Assembly: GCF_026626745.1 (NCBI RefSeq)
Contig: NZ_JAPNJW010000001.1
Location: 844,311-908,310 of the forward strand
DNA: 64,000 bases
Origin: Nannocystis sp. RBIL2
GTDB lineage: Bacteria; Myxococcota_A; Polyangia; Nannocystales; Nannocystaceae
Direction: 5' to 3'
Position numbers and translations under genes: made by a program. Of the stretch, positions 8,185 to 22,128 are shown in pieces (within the stretch, counting starts at the first letter, position 1; every line of letters starts with the position of its first letter). Below the pieces are notes generated by a model. It saw only the letters and a list, made by a program, of their open reading frames with translations. It was not told the origin of the DNA and did no database searches.

Positions 8185-8268
8185 GGCCATGTCCCGATGG
8201 ACATGTCTTGATCGTCATGCTCGATGCGACATGCCCGATTCGACATGGTCTTTCAGGCATGTCTCGTC
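8185..8268. repeat. Six tandem 14-bp units with a GRCATGYC dyad core.
   Basis: CATG at 8188, 8202, 8216, 8230, 8244 and 8258, exactly 14 bp apart. The units are ggccatgtcccgat, ggacatgtcttgat, cgtcatgctcgatg, cgacatgcccgatt, cgacatggtctttc and aggcatgtctcgtc. They lie between the convergent genes 7060..8172(+) and 8423..10792(-). Confidence 0.85.
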
Positions 8269-8422
8269 GACCTGGGCGAGCCCGTCGCCATGGCCCCCCT
8301 CGCCTCACCGCGAGCTCGCAACCTTGTCCGCGCGCCGGCGGAGACCGCCCGCCTTCTTTAAAAACTCGGTCCCCGCGCTTCACTGCAGCGAGCCCGCGCC
8401 CGCCCTTCGGAGGCTCCCCGCC

Positions 8423-10778
8423 TCATCGCGGTGGGCCCGACGCTCTCGCAGCCGCGCCGACGATCACCCGTCCGTCGTGGTCGGGCGCGTACTCCAGCGG
8501 CTCCTCGTAGCGACCGACCAGGCGGCCGAGGCCTGCACGGCACAGGGCGCTCTGGCCTCCGGCGTCGTGGCCCCACGCGGCCACGTGGTCGAGGCAGCGG
8601 GCGTAGGCCGTGAACACCGCCTCGCGGCGCTGGGCTGCCAGCTCGCGCATCTGCTGGGCCAGGCCGGCGTCGCCGGCGGCCTCGACGGCGGCGGCCACCT
8701 CGTCGAGCAGCGCCAGGTCGGACTCGTACACCTGCGCCTTGCGGGTCTCGACCAGCGCCGCCGACTGATCGCGGCCGCCGGCCCCGCCCGCGATCGCGGT
8801 CTCGTAGACCGCGCTCATGCGCTCGACCTCGGCCTTGCGGACCTCGAGCCACGCGCGCGAGCGGGCCGGGTCGAGGCTCTTCGGCGGCTGGCTGGTGAGC
8901 GCCGACTCGGCGTCGAGGTCGCCCTGCAGCAGCGCGACCTGGCGGCTGGCGGTCCGCGCCTCCTCGGCGTCGACGGCGATCGGCGCCTCGAGCTTGTCGA
9001 CCTCGCCGCCGCTGACCTCGGGCAACAGCTTCTGCGCGCGGTCGAGGTGCTCGCGGCCCTTGGCGTGCGGCTTGGGCAGGCGGGCGATCACCCGCGCCGG
9101 CGTGCGGTCGCGGCCGAATTCGACGCACAGGCCCTCGGCCCCGGGGACCGGGCAGGACGCCCGCAGCCACGCCTCGGCCGCGCGCGCGTGGGCGATCGCC
9201 AGCCGCCGCGGCCCGCCCTCCTTGCCGAACCGCTCGATGTACTTCTCGGCCGCCTCGGGCGTGACGCCGGGGCGGAACACCGCGCGGAACTGGATCGCCG
9301 CCGCCAGCGTGCGCTCCTCCGGGCGGCCGCGGATCAGCGCGTCGAGCTGTCCTTCGGGCAATGTCCCGGCGCGCAGGCTCAGGATCAGCGAGCGGCGGCG
9401 AGCGGTCGCTGCGGCGCGGTGCCGCGGGGCGCGGGCCACCAGATCGAGGTAGCGATCGCGGGCCTGCTCGTCGTTCAAGATCCGCTCGTGCAAGCGGGCC
9501 AGCCGCAGCACCGCGTCGGGGGCCCGCGGGTCCTCGCGGTGGACGTCGGCCATGCGCTCGAGCCAGTCGATCGCCTTCTGCGTCAGGCCGGCGCGCTCGT
9601 AGCAGCGACCGGCGCCGTCGGCCGCCTCGGCAGCCGCGTGGATGTCGGCGCCGAGGTCGGCGTAGAGCCCCTCGAAGGCCGCGCCGCAGCGGGCGTCGTC
9701 ACCGACCGCCTCCGACTCCTCGGCCTGGGCCCACAGCGCCGCGCGCCGCAGCGCCGCCACCTGGGCCACCTGCGGCCCGCCGGCGGCCTCGACCTCGACG
9801 GCCACGGTGACCAGGGCGACGCGGGCGGCCGAGCGCTCGCCGGCGCTGGCGGCCTCCATCCAGCGCGCCAGCAGCAGGCCGACCAGCAGCACCCGCGCCT
9901 GCTCGCGCGCCGGCCCGCTGACGGCGCTCAGGCTGGTCTCGGCCTCGTCCCAGCGGCGGTATCGCATCAGCAGCTCGGCCCGCTCGACCGCGACCTGCCC
10001 GGCCTCGGGCGTGCCCTGCAGCCCGGGCTCGGCGAGGAAGGCGTCGTAGGCGGCCAGCCACTCGCGGTCGCCGGCCGTCATCTCGCCGGGGGCGACGCGC
10101 GGGACGGGGTCGGTGCAGCGGCCCCGCGGATCCGGCAAACATGTCTGTTCAGACATGACCCATGGAGCAGGCTCCCCCTCGCGCACGCGCCGGACCGCGT
10201 CGAGCTGGGCGCGGGCCGAGCGGGCGGCCTGCTCGGTCGGCAGGCCGCCGGCCAGGGCGGCGCGGTGGTGGGCGTGGGCCTCGCGCAGCGCCTCGTCGGT
10301 CAAGGTGCGCTCGCCGATCTCGAGCGTCAGCCGCTCGGCGCGGGCCCACTCGAGCTTGCCCATCGCGTGGTGCAGCAGCGGCGCCTCGGCCTCGGCGGGG
10401 AAGTGCTTGCGCAGCGCCGCGTAGGCCTGGCGGGCCAGCGCGTGGCTCTGCGACCCGCCCGACTCGGCCCCCTGCTCGGCCCAGCGCAGCGTCACGGTCG
10501 TCAGCGCTGCGCGGGTCGCCTCGGCGCAGCGGGTCGCGTCGGGCCGGCCGCGGGTCGCCGCGTGGGCCTGGACCAGCAGCTCGATCTCTTCCCAGAGGTA
10601 GCGATCGGCGAGGCGCACCAGCCCGTCCTGGACCGCGCTCGCCTGCTTGTCGCAGGCCGCCACCGCCGCCGCACCGGATGTCTCCAAGGACATGTCCTTG
10701 GGGGCACCTGGCTCCGCGGTCGTCGGCCCGCGCGGGGCGCAGGCGAGCGTCAGCAGCAGCGCCAGCGCGGCCCGGCGC

Positions 10779-10792
<14 letters not shown>
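8423..10792 (-). CDS. Large (about 790 aa) alpha-helical TPR-like lipoprotein, downstream of the kinase.
   Basis: The N-terminus MARRERRAALALLLTLACAP is a signal peptide with a lipobox. The rest is Ala/Arg/Leu-rich helical repeat sequence. The start was chosen at ATG 10792 and overlaps the kinase stop by 14 nt. GRCATGYC units are embedded in the ORF at 10130/10144 and 10677/10691. Confidence 0.6.
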
Positions 10793-12662
<1,870 letters not shown>

Positions 12663-12754
12663 GGATCGGCGCCCGCTGGCCCTGGAGGCCCCCGGACGCG
12701 TGAAACCGGCCGCCGGCGCGCAAGCTCCGCGGTGGGCCCTATAGTGCCGGCACG

Positions 12755-13198
12755 ATGCACTTTCGCCCGGCCACCAGCTCCGATGTCCCCGCGATCCTCG
12801 ACATGATGGAGGACTTCAACCGCCTGGAGCACATCCCGTGGCGCCGCGGACCCGGCGAGGCGCCGCTGCGGACCCTGATCGGCTCGCCCGGTCTCGGCAC
12901 CGTGGTCCTCGGCCTCGACGGCGACGCGCCGCTCGGCTACTTCGTGCTCACCTGGGGCTTCGACCTCGAGTGGGGCGGTCGCGACGCTTTCCTCACCGAG
13001 CTGTATCTGCGGGCCGAGGTCCGCGGCGCCGGTCGCGGCCGCCTGTTCCTCGACGCCGCCCTCGCCTCGGCCCGCGCCCACGGGGCCCGCGCGGTCCACC
13101 TGATGGTCCGCACCGACAACACGCCCGCCATCGAGCTCTACCGCCGCTCCGGCTTCACCGCCCCGCCGCGGGTGCTCATGACGCGGCCGCTCGACTGA
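12755..13198 (+). CDS. GNAT family N-acetyltransferase.
   Basis: 147 aa. The product has an acetyl-CoA binding-like region ([29 protein letters not shown]). A TATAGT -10-like box sits upstream. Confidence 0.8.
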   Translation: MHFRPATSSDVPAILDMMEDFNRLEHIPWRRGPGEAPLRTLIGSPGLGTVVLGLDGDAPLGYFVLTWGFDLEWGGRDAFLTELYLRAEVRGAGRGRLFLDAALASARAHGARAVHLMVRTDNTPAIELYRRSGFTAPPRVLMTRPLD

Positions 13199-13210
13199 GT
13201 TCTGTCCTTC

Positions 13211-13266
13211 AGGGCATGTTCACCTCGACATGTCCTCTCGGACATTCTTCCGAGGACATGTCCTCG
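13211..13266. repeat. Four tandem 14-bp GRCATGYC-core units.
   Basis: CATG at 13215, 13229, (CATT 13243) and 13257, exactly 14 bp apart. They lie between the convergent genes 12755..13198(+) and 13270..14550(-). Confidence 0.8.
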
Positions 13267-13269
13267 GGT

Positions 13270-14550
13270 TCACAGCCCCGCGGCGGCTGCCTTGGCCGTG
13301 GCCGCGTCGAGCAGGTCCTGCAGCGCGTAGTTGTAGTCGAGCACGTGCAGGCCGAGGAAGCCCGGAGCGAACAGCGGCGCGGTGACATCGACAGGATCGG
13401 TGCGCACGTCGCCGTCGTCGGGCTCGGGCGCGACCGCGAGGAAGTGCTGGCCGTCGCCGTCGGTCTGGCACGACAGCCCGTAGAAGTCGCGCATCACCAC
13501 GAAGGGCGTATCGATCGCCGCGCCGAAGTCGATCTTCGGGAACACCGCCTCCTGGTGGGTGAAGTTGGGGAAGAACGCCCCGCGAGCGCGCGCCGAGCCG
13601 CCGCCGGGCGCGGCCGGGTTGGCGCAGGCGACGTCGTTGCCGGGGATGTCGGGCGCGTTCGAGCCGCCCTCCGGCGGCAGCGCGGCCGCGTAGGTGCGGT
13701 AGGCGACGACGCAGCCGAGCTGCTCGGCGCTGTCGCACAGCGGGAGGGTCGAGAGCGTACCGCCGACCGCCTCGCCGAACGGCACGCTGAACGAGCCGCC
13801 GAGCAGGAACGCCGCCAGCAGCCGCTCGCGCAGGGCCGGGTCGGGCTCGACGACCTCCTGGATCAGCCGCGTCGTCATGTACGTGCCCTGCGAGTGGCCG
13901 AGGATCAAGAGCGGCCTTCCGTCGGCGTGGTGCTCGAGGTAGCTCTCGAACGCGGCGAGCACGTCCTGGTAGGCCGCGGTCAGCAGCGCCTCGGCGTCGC
14001 CGCTGCCGTAGGTGCCGATCGTCACCTGGTGATACAGCGGCGCGAACATCCGGCACATCGAGGTGAAGCGGGCCGCCTGGTTGAGCAGCGGGTCGAGCTC
14101 CTGGTCGAGGTCGTCGAAGCTCTCGGTCTGGCCCGGCTGCAGGCGGATGTCGACGGTCGGGTAGACGTAGAAGCAGTCGAACGCCGGCGCGGCGGCGATC
14201 GTGTGCTCGACGATCGCGGTCCCGCCGTCGGGCAGCAGCTCGGTCGCGGTCAGGTCGGCCGAGAGGCACGCGTCGGCGCCTGTCGGCTTGTCCGGGTGAC
14301 ACAGCCACAGCGCCGGATCGGCGTAGCCCTCGAGCGGCGCGCCGGTGGTGCTCGGATCGCCGCTCGAGCTCGTGGTCGTCGGCGCGGCCTCGGTGGGGGT
14401 CGTCGTGGTCCCGGTGGTGGTCGAGGTCGACGGCTCCGTCGACGTCGCGGCGGTCCCCGTCTCCGTGGAGTCGCTCTCGCCGCCCTCTCCACCGCCGCAG
14501 GCGACGACCACGAAAAAGACGGCCAGCGGGACCCGGGAAGCGGCGAGCAT
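13270..14550 (-). CDS. Lipoprotein, DUF3089-like alpha/beta hydrolase (putative lipase).
   Basis: The signal peptide MLAASRVPLAVFFVVVACGGG has lipobox VVAC. A Thr-rich linker follows. The nucleophile elbow is LILGHSQGT. The family call is from memory. Confidence 0.7.
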   Translation of the reverse strand: MLAASRVPLAVFFVVVACGGGEGGESDSTETGTAATSTEPSTSTTTGTTTTPTEAAPTTTSSSGDPSTTGAPLEGYADPALWLCHPDKPTGADACLSADLTATELLPDGGTAIVEHTIAAAPAFDCFYVYPTVDIRLQPGQTESFDDLDQELDPLLNQAARFTSMCRMFAPLYHQVTIGTYGSGDAEALLTAAYQDVLAAFESYLEHHADGRPLLILGHSQGTYMTTRLIQEVVEPDPALRERLLAAFLLGGSFSVPFGEAVGGTLSTLPLCDSAEQLGCVVAYRTYAAALPPEGGSNAPDIPGNDVACANPAAPGGGSARARGAFFPNFTHQEAVFPKIDFGAAIDTPFVVMRDFYGLSCQTDGDGQHFLAVAPEPDDGDVRTDPVDVTAPLFAPGFLGLHVLDYNYALQDLLDAATAKAAAAGL

Positions 14551-14701
14551 CGCCTCACGTAAAGATCTGCGGCGACCGCCTGTCAAGCGCGGCCGTCCGG
14601 AGGTTCGGCGCCCCCGGCCGGCCTGCGCGGGTCAATCGCAGCAGCGAGCCCAGCGCTCCCATTCACGGGACCGCCGGCCGCCGCGGCGAGCGAGCGGCCC
14701 G

Positions 14702-15859
14702 TCACTCGCACTTGCCGTGGATCAGCGGCGCCGCCTTCTTCTTGGTGACGATGTGCTGCGGATCGCCGTCGGCCGAGTAATACCAGTCCGTCGTCGGCTT
14801 GCCGGTGCCGAGGTACGCCTTCAGGTCGCGCGCGACCTCCTGCGGGGTGGCCCACTGCGTGTTGTGGCCGATGTCGTCGACCTGCACCCCGTCGGGGCCG
14901 AGCGGGCGCTTGCCGTACTGCTTGAACCAGTACTCGAGCTTGCAGGCGTCGACGGCCACGTCGAGCGCGGCGCGCAGCGCCTGCTGGTCGGGGTCGTCGT
15001 AGAAGAAGCCGTCCTGGGTGGCCCACAGGATCAGCGTCGGCACGCTCAGTTCCTGCAGGCGCTGGCTGTTGTCGGTCTGCAGCAGCGCCCGGGCCACGCC
15101 GATCCACGTGCCCATCCGCGTCGCCGCGGTCTCGGGCACGATCGACGCCAGGAAGTCGGGGTCGGCCGCCGGGTCGACCACCCACGCGCCCTCGATCCAC
15201 GCCTGCGCGTCGGCGTTCGCGTCGAGCGGATCGAGCTCGTACACCTCCTCGGGGAATTGCAGGCCCTGGGCCTCGAAGCCGGCCTTCCACGAGCCCTCGA
15301 CCGGCTCGGCCAGGATGTAGTCCTGCAGCACCACGTTGCCGACCACGCTCGCCGCGGTGCCGATCAGCACCAGCTTGTCGACCCGCTGCGGGTGCGACAG
15401 GCCCAGCTCCTGGGCGACGAAGCTGCCCATCGAGTGGCCGACGATCGAGGCGCGAGCGATGCCCTTGGCGTCCATGAACGCGATCACGTCGTCGGCCAGG
15501 TCGGACGGCTCGAAGCACGGAGCCGGCGCGGCCGCGCAGTCGGCCGCAGGCGGCATCGACGAGCCGCCGTGGCCGCGCTGGTCGAGGACGTACAGGTGAT
15601 AATCGTCGTCGAGCTGGTGGAACGCCAGCGCCGTCGGCAGAAACGAGCGCGAGGTATCGGTGTAGCCGTGGAGGAAGATGACCACGTCGCCGTCGGGGTC
15701 GCCGAGCTCGCGGTAGGCCACGTCGATGCCGGTGGACAGCGCGATGGTGTCGTGCTTCACCGGGCTCGAATCGCCGTCCAGCAAGTCATCGAGGAAACAG
15801 GCCGGAGAAGCGACGGCCAGGGCTGCCAATAACGATGATTGACGAATCACACGACGCAT
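14702..15859 (-). CDS. Secreted alpha/beta hydrolase.
   Basis: Start at ATG 15859 (MRRVIRQSSLLAALAVASPA, a signal peptide). GHSMGS nucleophile motif. HGYTDTS and DQRGHGGS motifs. Confidence 0.75.
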   Translation of the reverse strand: MRRVIRQSSLLAALAVASPACFLDDLLDGDSSPVKHDTIALSTGIDVAYRELGDPDGDVVIFLHGYTDTSRSFLPTALAFHQLDDDYHLYVLDQRGHGGSSMPPAADCAAAPAPCFEPSDLADDVIAFMDAKGIARASIVGHSMGSFVAQELGLSHPQRVDKLVLIGTAASVVGNVVLQDYILAEPVEGSWKAGFEAQGLQFPEEVYELDPLDANADAQAWIEGAWVVDPAADPDFLASIVPETAATRMGTWIGVARALLQTDNSQRLQELSVPTLILWATQDGFFYDDPDQQALRAALDVAVDACKLEYWFKQYGKRPLGPDGVQVDDIGHNTQWATPQEVARDLKAYLGTGKPTTDWYYSADGDPQHIVTKKKAAPLIHGKCE

Positions 15860-15920
15860 GAGCAGTCCGGTCATAGGCCAGGCGCGGAGCGCTCGCAACG
15901 GTGATTGCCCGGAGTGCGAT

Positions 15921-18377
<2,457 letters not shown>

Positions 18378-18682
18378 GACCGCCCCGCGTGGCGGGCGCG
18401 GCGACCGCCGCCGCAGGCTCGGAGCAGGCCCGATGAACGCACCTGCGCCCGATTCACCGCACGCGGGATCCCACGCCTGAAGACGGGCCGTGCCCCAATT
18501 GCGGGCAGCGATGCGCGACGCAAATGCTGCCAATCGGGCCAGCGACGCGACGTCCGCGTCCGCATCGGCGGTCGGCGTCATTTCGCGCACCGCGGCGGCC
18601 CCGCGGCGCCCGCCCGGGTCCTGTCACCAGATGTCCCTTCGGACATCTCATCCGCCCCGCCCGCCGCGCTACTCTGGCGCCC

Positions 18683-19526
18683 GGAGGAGACCATGGGCGT
18701 CCTGGCGATCTGGCGCTACCCCGTCAAGGCGATGCTGGGCGAGTCGCTGCCCGAGACCTACGTCGATCACGCGGGCTGCGACGGCGATCGCAAGTACGTG
18801 GCGGTCGACGTCGACACCGGCGAGACGATCGCCAACAAGCGCGGGCCGACGCACCCGGCCCTGCGCGCCTGCCGGGCTGCCCTGCTCGCCGACCGCGACG
18901 CCCCGCTGCCGCTGCGCGTGACGCTGCCCGACGGCGAGGTCGTCGAGGGCGCGGACATCGAGCCCGCCCTGTCGTCGCTGCTCGGCCGCCGCGTGCGCTT
19001 GCAGGCCGCCGGCGACGCTCCCGGCCGCTTCGCCGCGCCCGGCCGCCACCAGGACTTCGCGCCGGTCCACGTGCTCACGACGCGGACCCTGGCGCACCTG
19101 CGGGCGCTGCAGCCGGAGGTCGCCTGGGACCCGCGCCGCTTCCGTCCCAACTTCCTGCTCGACGACGGCGACGCCCCGGGCGCCTTCTCCGAGGACGCGC
19201 TGCTCGGCCGCGACCTCCGCGGCCCCTCCGGCCTGGCCCTGGCGGTCGGCCTGCCGACCCCGCGCTGCGTCGTCGTCACCCGCGCCCATGAGGAGCTCGC
19301 CGCCGATCCGCGGACGCTGCGGACGATCGCCGAGCACCACGAGTTCGACCTCGGCCCGTTCGGCCGCCACGCCTGCGCCGGCGCCTACGCCGAGACGCGC
19401 TCGCCCGGGCGCGTACGCGTCGGCGAGGTCCTGATCCCGGACGGCGACCCTGACTCGCCGTCGGCCGCGATCGCGACCTCGCTGGCCCGCGTGCAGGCGC
19501 TGCTGGCGGGCGAGGCGCCAGCCTGA
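18683..19526 (+). CDS. MOSC domain protein (YcbX-like).
   Basis: Starts MGVLAIWRYPVKAMLGESL, the MOSC N-terminal beta-barrel. An RBS ggagga lies 6 nt upstream. The track ORF 16215..19526 is mostly an antisense artifact over the kinase. Confidence 0.8.
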
Positions 19527-19542
19527 AAGGTGACCTTTTGGA

Positions 19543-19700
19543 CATGCCCCATCGGGCATGACTGAAAGAGCAGCAGGCTCACCGTGACGACGGTGTGCGA
19601 CGCTGCGAGACATGGCCATTCCGGAATGTCCCGAAGGTCATCCGGACATTCCGACAAGGGCGACATTGTGATGACATGCCCTGAAGGACATATCATCACA
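19543..19700. repeat. Longest GRCATGYC array: about nine units, partly degenerate, with 12-16 bp spacing.
   Basis: CATG or CATN cores at 19543, 19557, 19611, 19625, 19639, 19647, 19663, 19675 and 19688. They lie between the convergent genes MOSC(+) and the S1/P1 nuclease(-). Confidence 0.75.
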
Positions 19701-19718
19701 ATCGCCCAACGCCACGCG

Positions 19719-20795
19719 TCAGGGCCGGCTCTCGGCCCGTCCGATGCAATCGGCGAGGCGATACCCGGCCAGGGCCGCGCGGCGCATCGCCACCGCGCGC
19801 GCCGCTTGCAGGTAGCGGCGGTCGAGCGCGATCGGGAACGGCGAGGTCGCGCCGGCGGCGAGCGGGGCCAGCAACGCGGCGCGCAGACGGGCGTCGTACA
19901 CGCTCGCGTCGGCGGCGCGGAAGCTCTCGTCGAGCCACAGGTTGACCATCGCCTCGACCCCCGCCGCGCCGTCAGAGGCCGCCAGCTCCGGCTTCAGGCT
20001 CCGCCGCGGGTTGGCGGCGACGATGCGGCTCTTGGCCGCGCGCTCGGTCTTCGGATCGTCGCCGAGCATGTCGTCCCACACCGCGTGCAGCCGGGTCGGC
20101 GTCGCGCCGGCCGGTCCGGGCAGCCGGACGATCAGGGCGTTGCCGCCGAGGTCGCCCTGCGGCAGGTGCCGCGACGAGAACAGCGCCACGGTGTGCAGCG
20201 GCTGGTGCGAGTCGCCGACCAGGTGGAGCACCCACGCCAGAGCGACCGCCCGGCGCTCGACCGGCAAGCTGCGATCGTCGAGCTCGCGCAGCGCGTTCGG
20301 CAGCGCCTGCTGGACCCCGACCGGTCGGTTCGCGGGCGGAGCGATCGCCGGCAGCGCGTACGGGTCGACGTGGACCGGCTTGTTGTCGTAGTGCCACGTC
20401 GGGTTGTCGTGGCGCTTGACGTCGGCGAGGCGGCGCTCGAGCTCGGTCTTCTCCGCGCCGGCCGGCAGCGCCGCGATCGTCTCGTTCAGCTGCTTGTTCG
20501 CGCCCTTCAGCAGGTCGGGCCAGGTCGCCGCGTGCATGAACACCCACTGCTGCCGTTGGGGGTCGTCGGCCGGGCGCGCCGCGATCTCCGGCGGCATGCG
20601 GGCCGCGAAGTCCTCGGCAAAGCGCGGGTGACGGACCAGCAGCTCCGACGCGAACACCTGCTGCGCCCGCGTCAGCTCGTCCCAGGCGATGCGGGCGACG
20701 ATCCGGTGCCCGCTCTCGTTCCACGCCCGCGCCGTCCCCGGAGCCGCGACGATCGCCGCGGCGATCGTCAGTCTCGCTGCCATCCTCACGCGCAT
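19719..20795 (-). CDS. Secreted S1/P1-family nuclease.
   Basis: A signal peptide is followed by AWNESGHRIVARIAW, the characteristic S1/P1 N-terminal W-x-x-x-GH motif. His/Asp ligand pattern (HLVGDSHQPLH). Confidence 0.8.
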   Translation of the reverse strand: MRVRMAARLTIAAAIVAAPGTARAWNESGHRIVARIAWDELTRAQQVFASELLVRHPRFAEDFAARMPPEIAARPADDPQRQQWVFMHAATWPDLLKGANKQLNETIAALPAGAEKTELERRLADVKRHDNPTWHYDNKPVHVDPYALPAIAPPANRPVGVQQALPNALRELDDRSLPVERRAVALAWVLHLVGDSHQPLHTVALFSSRHLPQGDLGGNALIVRLPGPAGATPTRLHAVWDDMLGDDPKTERAAKSRIVAANPRRSLKPELAASDGAAGVEAMVNLWLDESFRAADASVYDARLRAALLAPLAAGATSPFPIALDRRYLQAARAVAMRRAALAGYRLADCIGRAESRP

Positions 20796-20888
20796 GTGCT
20801 CCTCCGCGGACCGATCCTACCGCAGTCCGGCAGCGCCATCGACCGCGGAGCGCCCCGCGATTCGACGCAGCGACGCCGGAGTCACCGC

Positions 20889-21548
20889 TCACGACGCCAG
20901 GCGAGTGACCGGACCGGCGAGGCGCGCGGCGAGCTCGTCGACCTCGGCCTCGGCGGCGGCGACCGAGGCCCGGAAGCGGCCGTCCTGGAACTCGTCGAAG
21001 CCGACGCGGACGAACGTGACATCGGTCAGGCCGATGAAGCCGAGGCAGGTCCTCAGGTGCGGCTCGAGGAAGTTGAGGTGCGCCAGCGCGCCGCCCGGGT
21101 TCAAGGCCCCGTCGCCGAGCGAGACGATCACGACCACCGGCCGCGCGCGCAGCAGCGGCTGGTAGGGCTCGGCCGCCGCAGCGTCGAAGCCGAAGGTCCG
21201 GCTCACGCGGATCACCTGATCGAAGTACGCCTTGAGCTGCGCCGGCATCCCGAAGTTGTACATGGGCGCGCCGATCACCACCGCGTCGGCGGCCTCGAGC
21301 TCGTCGATCAGCGCGTCGCTGGTCCGCAGTGCCGCGCGCCCGGCCTCTGAGCGGGCCTCGGGGTCGCCGAACGCGGCCGCGATCCACGGCTCGTCGACCG
21401 GCGGCGGCGGCTCCAGCCCCACGTCCCGCTGAAGGACCACGCCCTGGGGCTCGCGCGCGCGCCAGACCTCGGCGAAGCGGCGGGCGAGACGACGGGTGAT
21501 CGAGCGAGTGACGCGCCCGCTGGCATCGACGACGAGGAGCTTGTGCAT
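20889..21548 (-). CDS. FMN-dependent NAD(P)H azoreductase / quinone reductase.
   Basis: MHKLLVVDASGRVTRSITRRL ... APMYNFGMPAQLKAYFDQV is diagnostic of the AzoR family. Confidence 0.8.
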   Translation of the reverse strand: MHKLLVVDASGRVTRSITRRLARRFAEVWRAREPQGVVLQRDVGLEPPPPVDEPWIAAAFGDPEARSEAGRAALRTSDALIDELEAADAVVIGAPMYNFGMPAQLKAYFDQVIRVSRTFGFDAAAAEPYQPLLRARPVVVIVSLGDGALNPGGALAHLNFLEPHLRTCLGFIGLTDVTFVRVGFDEFQDGRFRASVAAAEAEVDELAARLAGPVTRLAS

Positions 21549-21597
21549 GGCGAGGAAGGTAGCGACGCCCGCCGCTGCATGCCTCGTCGTAAATTTT

Positions 21598-21626
21598 TGA
21601 GCTGCTCACCAAAAAGTGAGCGGCTC
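21598..21626. terminator. AT-flanked hairpin (GCTGCTCACC-AAAAA-GTGAGCGGC) just downstream of the hxlR-like gene.
   Basis: The stem is 8/9 bp and is preceded by AAATTTTT. This is the only AT-rich stem-loop in the region and is adjacent to the minus-strand stop at 21625. Confidence 0.3.
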
Positions 21627-21999
21627 AGGCGACGCGTGATCGCGTCGTGCCGCGGCGCGCCATATAGGCCGCGCCCCACACCTCGAGCTGGTCCAGCACG
21701 CTCGACAGCGTCTTGCCCGACTCGCTGAGCGCGTACTCGACGCGCAGCGGGCTCTCGTCCGCGTGTACCGTGCGGACGACCACGGCGTCGGCCTCGAGCT
21801 GGCGCAGCTGCACCGTCAGCGCCTGCGCGGTGATGCCCGCGAGCGCCGCTTGCAGCTGCGAGAAGCGCCGCGGGCCGTCCTTGAGCTCGTAGAAGATCGA
21901 GGGCTTCCAGCGCCCGCGGATGACGTCGAGCGCGGCGCGGACGGGACAATCCTCGTGGAGCCGGTCGAACTTCTGCTCGTAATCGGCGAGGGACTTCAT
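21625..21999 (-). CDS. HxlR-family transcriptional regulator.
   Basis: The winged-helix signature is CPVRAALDVIRGRWKPSIFYEL ... RFSQLQAALAGITAQALTVQLRQLE. Start at MKSLADYEQ. Confidence 0.8.
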   Translation of the reverse strand: MKSLADYEQKFDRLHEDCPVRAALDVIRGRWKPSIFYELKDGPRRFSQLQAALAGITAQALTVQLRQLEADAVVVRTVHADESPLRVEYALSESGKTLSSVLDQLEVWGAAYMARRGTTRSRVA

Positions 22000-22128
22000 C
22001 GACAAGACGCTAGCCCGACCTCCACGGCCCGACAACCCCGGCGCGCGCGTCCCTGCGGCCGCGCGCGCCGGCTGGGCTCGTCGCACCGGCCCGGCCGGTG
22101 CGAGAGACGCCGTCTCGAGCGCGAGCGA

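Noticed and set aside
8185-8268. CRISPR array interpretation of the tandem palindromic repeats.
   Set aside because: The unit period is 14 bp with no unique spacers, and copy number is 2-9. There are no cas genes in the window. CRISPR repeats are 21 bp or longer with spacers of 26 bp or more.
6351-8510. ORFs 6351..6839(-), 6391..6852(-), 6632..7039(-), 6934..8190(-), 6963..8510(+), 7548..7823(-), 8024..8383(-).
   Set aside because: Arg/Pro/Ala-rich, no motifs, and overlapping the better-supported plus-strand lipoprotein 7060..8172. The end of 8024..8383 reads straight through the 14-bp array.
19385-19699. Short ORFs translating the arrays into Cys-Pro-x-Gly-His-Val peptides (for example MMICPSGHVITMSPLSECPDD, TCPEGHIITI, CPDGHVLIVMLDATCPIRHG, CPLGHSSEDMS), considered as a possible family of tiny repeat proteins.
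   Set aside because: The peptide motif is a direct consequence of the palindromic DNA unit (TGTCC..GGACATGTC reads C-P-x-G-H-V). It appears on both strands and in multiple frames at every array. There are no consistent starts or RBSs. DNA-level function is far more parsimonious.
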